From Octopus sinensis (taxonomy: Eukaryota), in contig NC_042999.1 in the NCBI RefSeq assembly GCF_006345805.1, positions 156,736,001 through 156,800,000 on the forward strand: a stretch of 64,000 nucleotides of DNA, given 5' to 3'. Positions 63,203 to 64,000 of the stretch are shown here, in pieces. Numbering within the stretch: position 1 is the first letter of the stretch; the number at the start of each line of letters is the position of its first letter. A model generated the notes under the pieces. The model was not told where the DNA came from. It saw nothing but the letters and a program-made list of their open reading frames with translations, and did no database searches. The position numbers and the translations under genes are program-made.

Positions 63203-64000
63203 AGTAAATTTTGCTCCCAAGAATCATTCTTCACCTTCCTTATCATTTAGCCAGCTATCTATTGCTTTTGTAAATGTTTACCATTCAGATCCATATATCA
63301 ATATTTTGCAGAATAGAGCATCTCTAAAAATCTGTATTTAGTAGATTTATTTCCTATATAGTGGGCATATTCTTGGTTGTTGACCATTCCAGTTCTAGTT
63401 CAATTCTTACTTTAACATCTCTCTTTCAGCTTTCTATTAATGACCCTAGATATCTGAAGTCATTTTTTAAATTCTTCCTTTGGTTAATAGAATACCATAA
63501 AAATCTGATATTAGTCAATTATTATGTACTGTACTTGAATTATAGAAAGCTTTTAAAATCCTGCAATTGATAAGAATAATATTTTTAAAAAGCTGCAGCA
63601 GAATTTAGATAAAATACTATTCAGTGCATAAATTACATGCAAACTTTGCAGTTGACAGCAGACCCCAAAAGGATAGAATTTGCAGTTTTTAGTTACAGCC
63701 ATTAGTTGTTCATCTTGTGTTCTCTACAGAAAATTTTGAACTTTATACACCAGATCCTTTCATATTGTGATTAAATGTGTTATGCAATATTTGACATTAC
63801 AGCCAAATTTTATTAGTTTCTGTAAGGAGCACATGCTTTTTATAGATATAGTACTAACATTTCGATAGATGTTACATATTTTGTAAAACAATGACAATTA
63901 GGGACACCTTTTGTCAGAAGCCATAATATGTTACTGTATTCGATAAGCAATTTGAATTGTAAATATAGTTTTAAAAGATGTTTATATTGCTAATGTTAAT

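Overview
AT-rich, repeat-dense eukaryotic DNA. The SINE, microsatellite and LINE content resembles an octopus (coleoid cephalopod) genome; this is an inference from recalled repeat families, not a database match. About five small minus-strand exons with canonical splice sites (42713-42686, 37659-37583, 6323-6255, 2026-1918, 1597-1517) splice in frame into an unidentified ~116-aa protein with a hydrophobic C-terminal half, so much of the window is probably intron. The rest holds four SINE-like families (called A-D here), fragments of RTE, CR1/L2, Tx1, RLE (R4/Dong- and Hero-like) and Penelope retroelements, mariner, Tc1 and Merlin remnants, piggyBac-type MITEs, Helitron-like elements and long microsatellites. 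The standout signal is a set of at least five sequence-unrelated type-I hammerhead ribozyme motifs of the minimal Penelope-associated kind. One has an intact core (38342-38438). Another carries a compensatory G3-C8 core swap inside a 185-bp insert flanked by a 15-bp target-site duplication (39456-39640). TE boundaries are approximate unless TIR or TSD positions are stated. All folds and alignments were done by eye.
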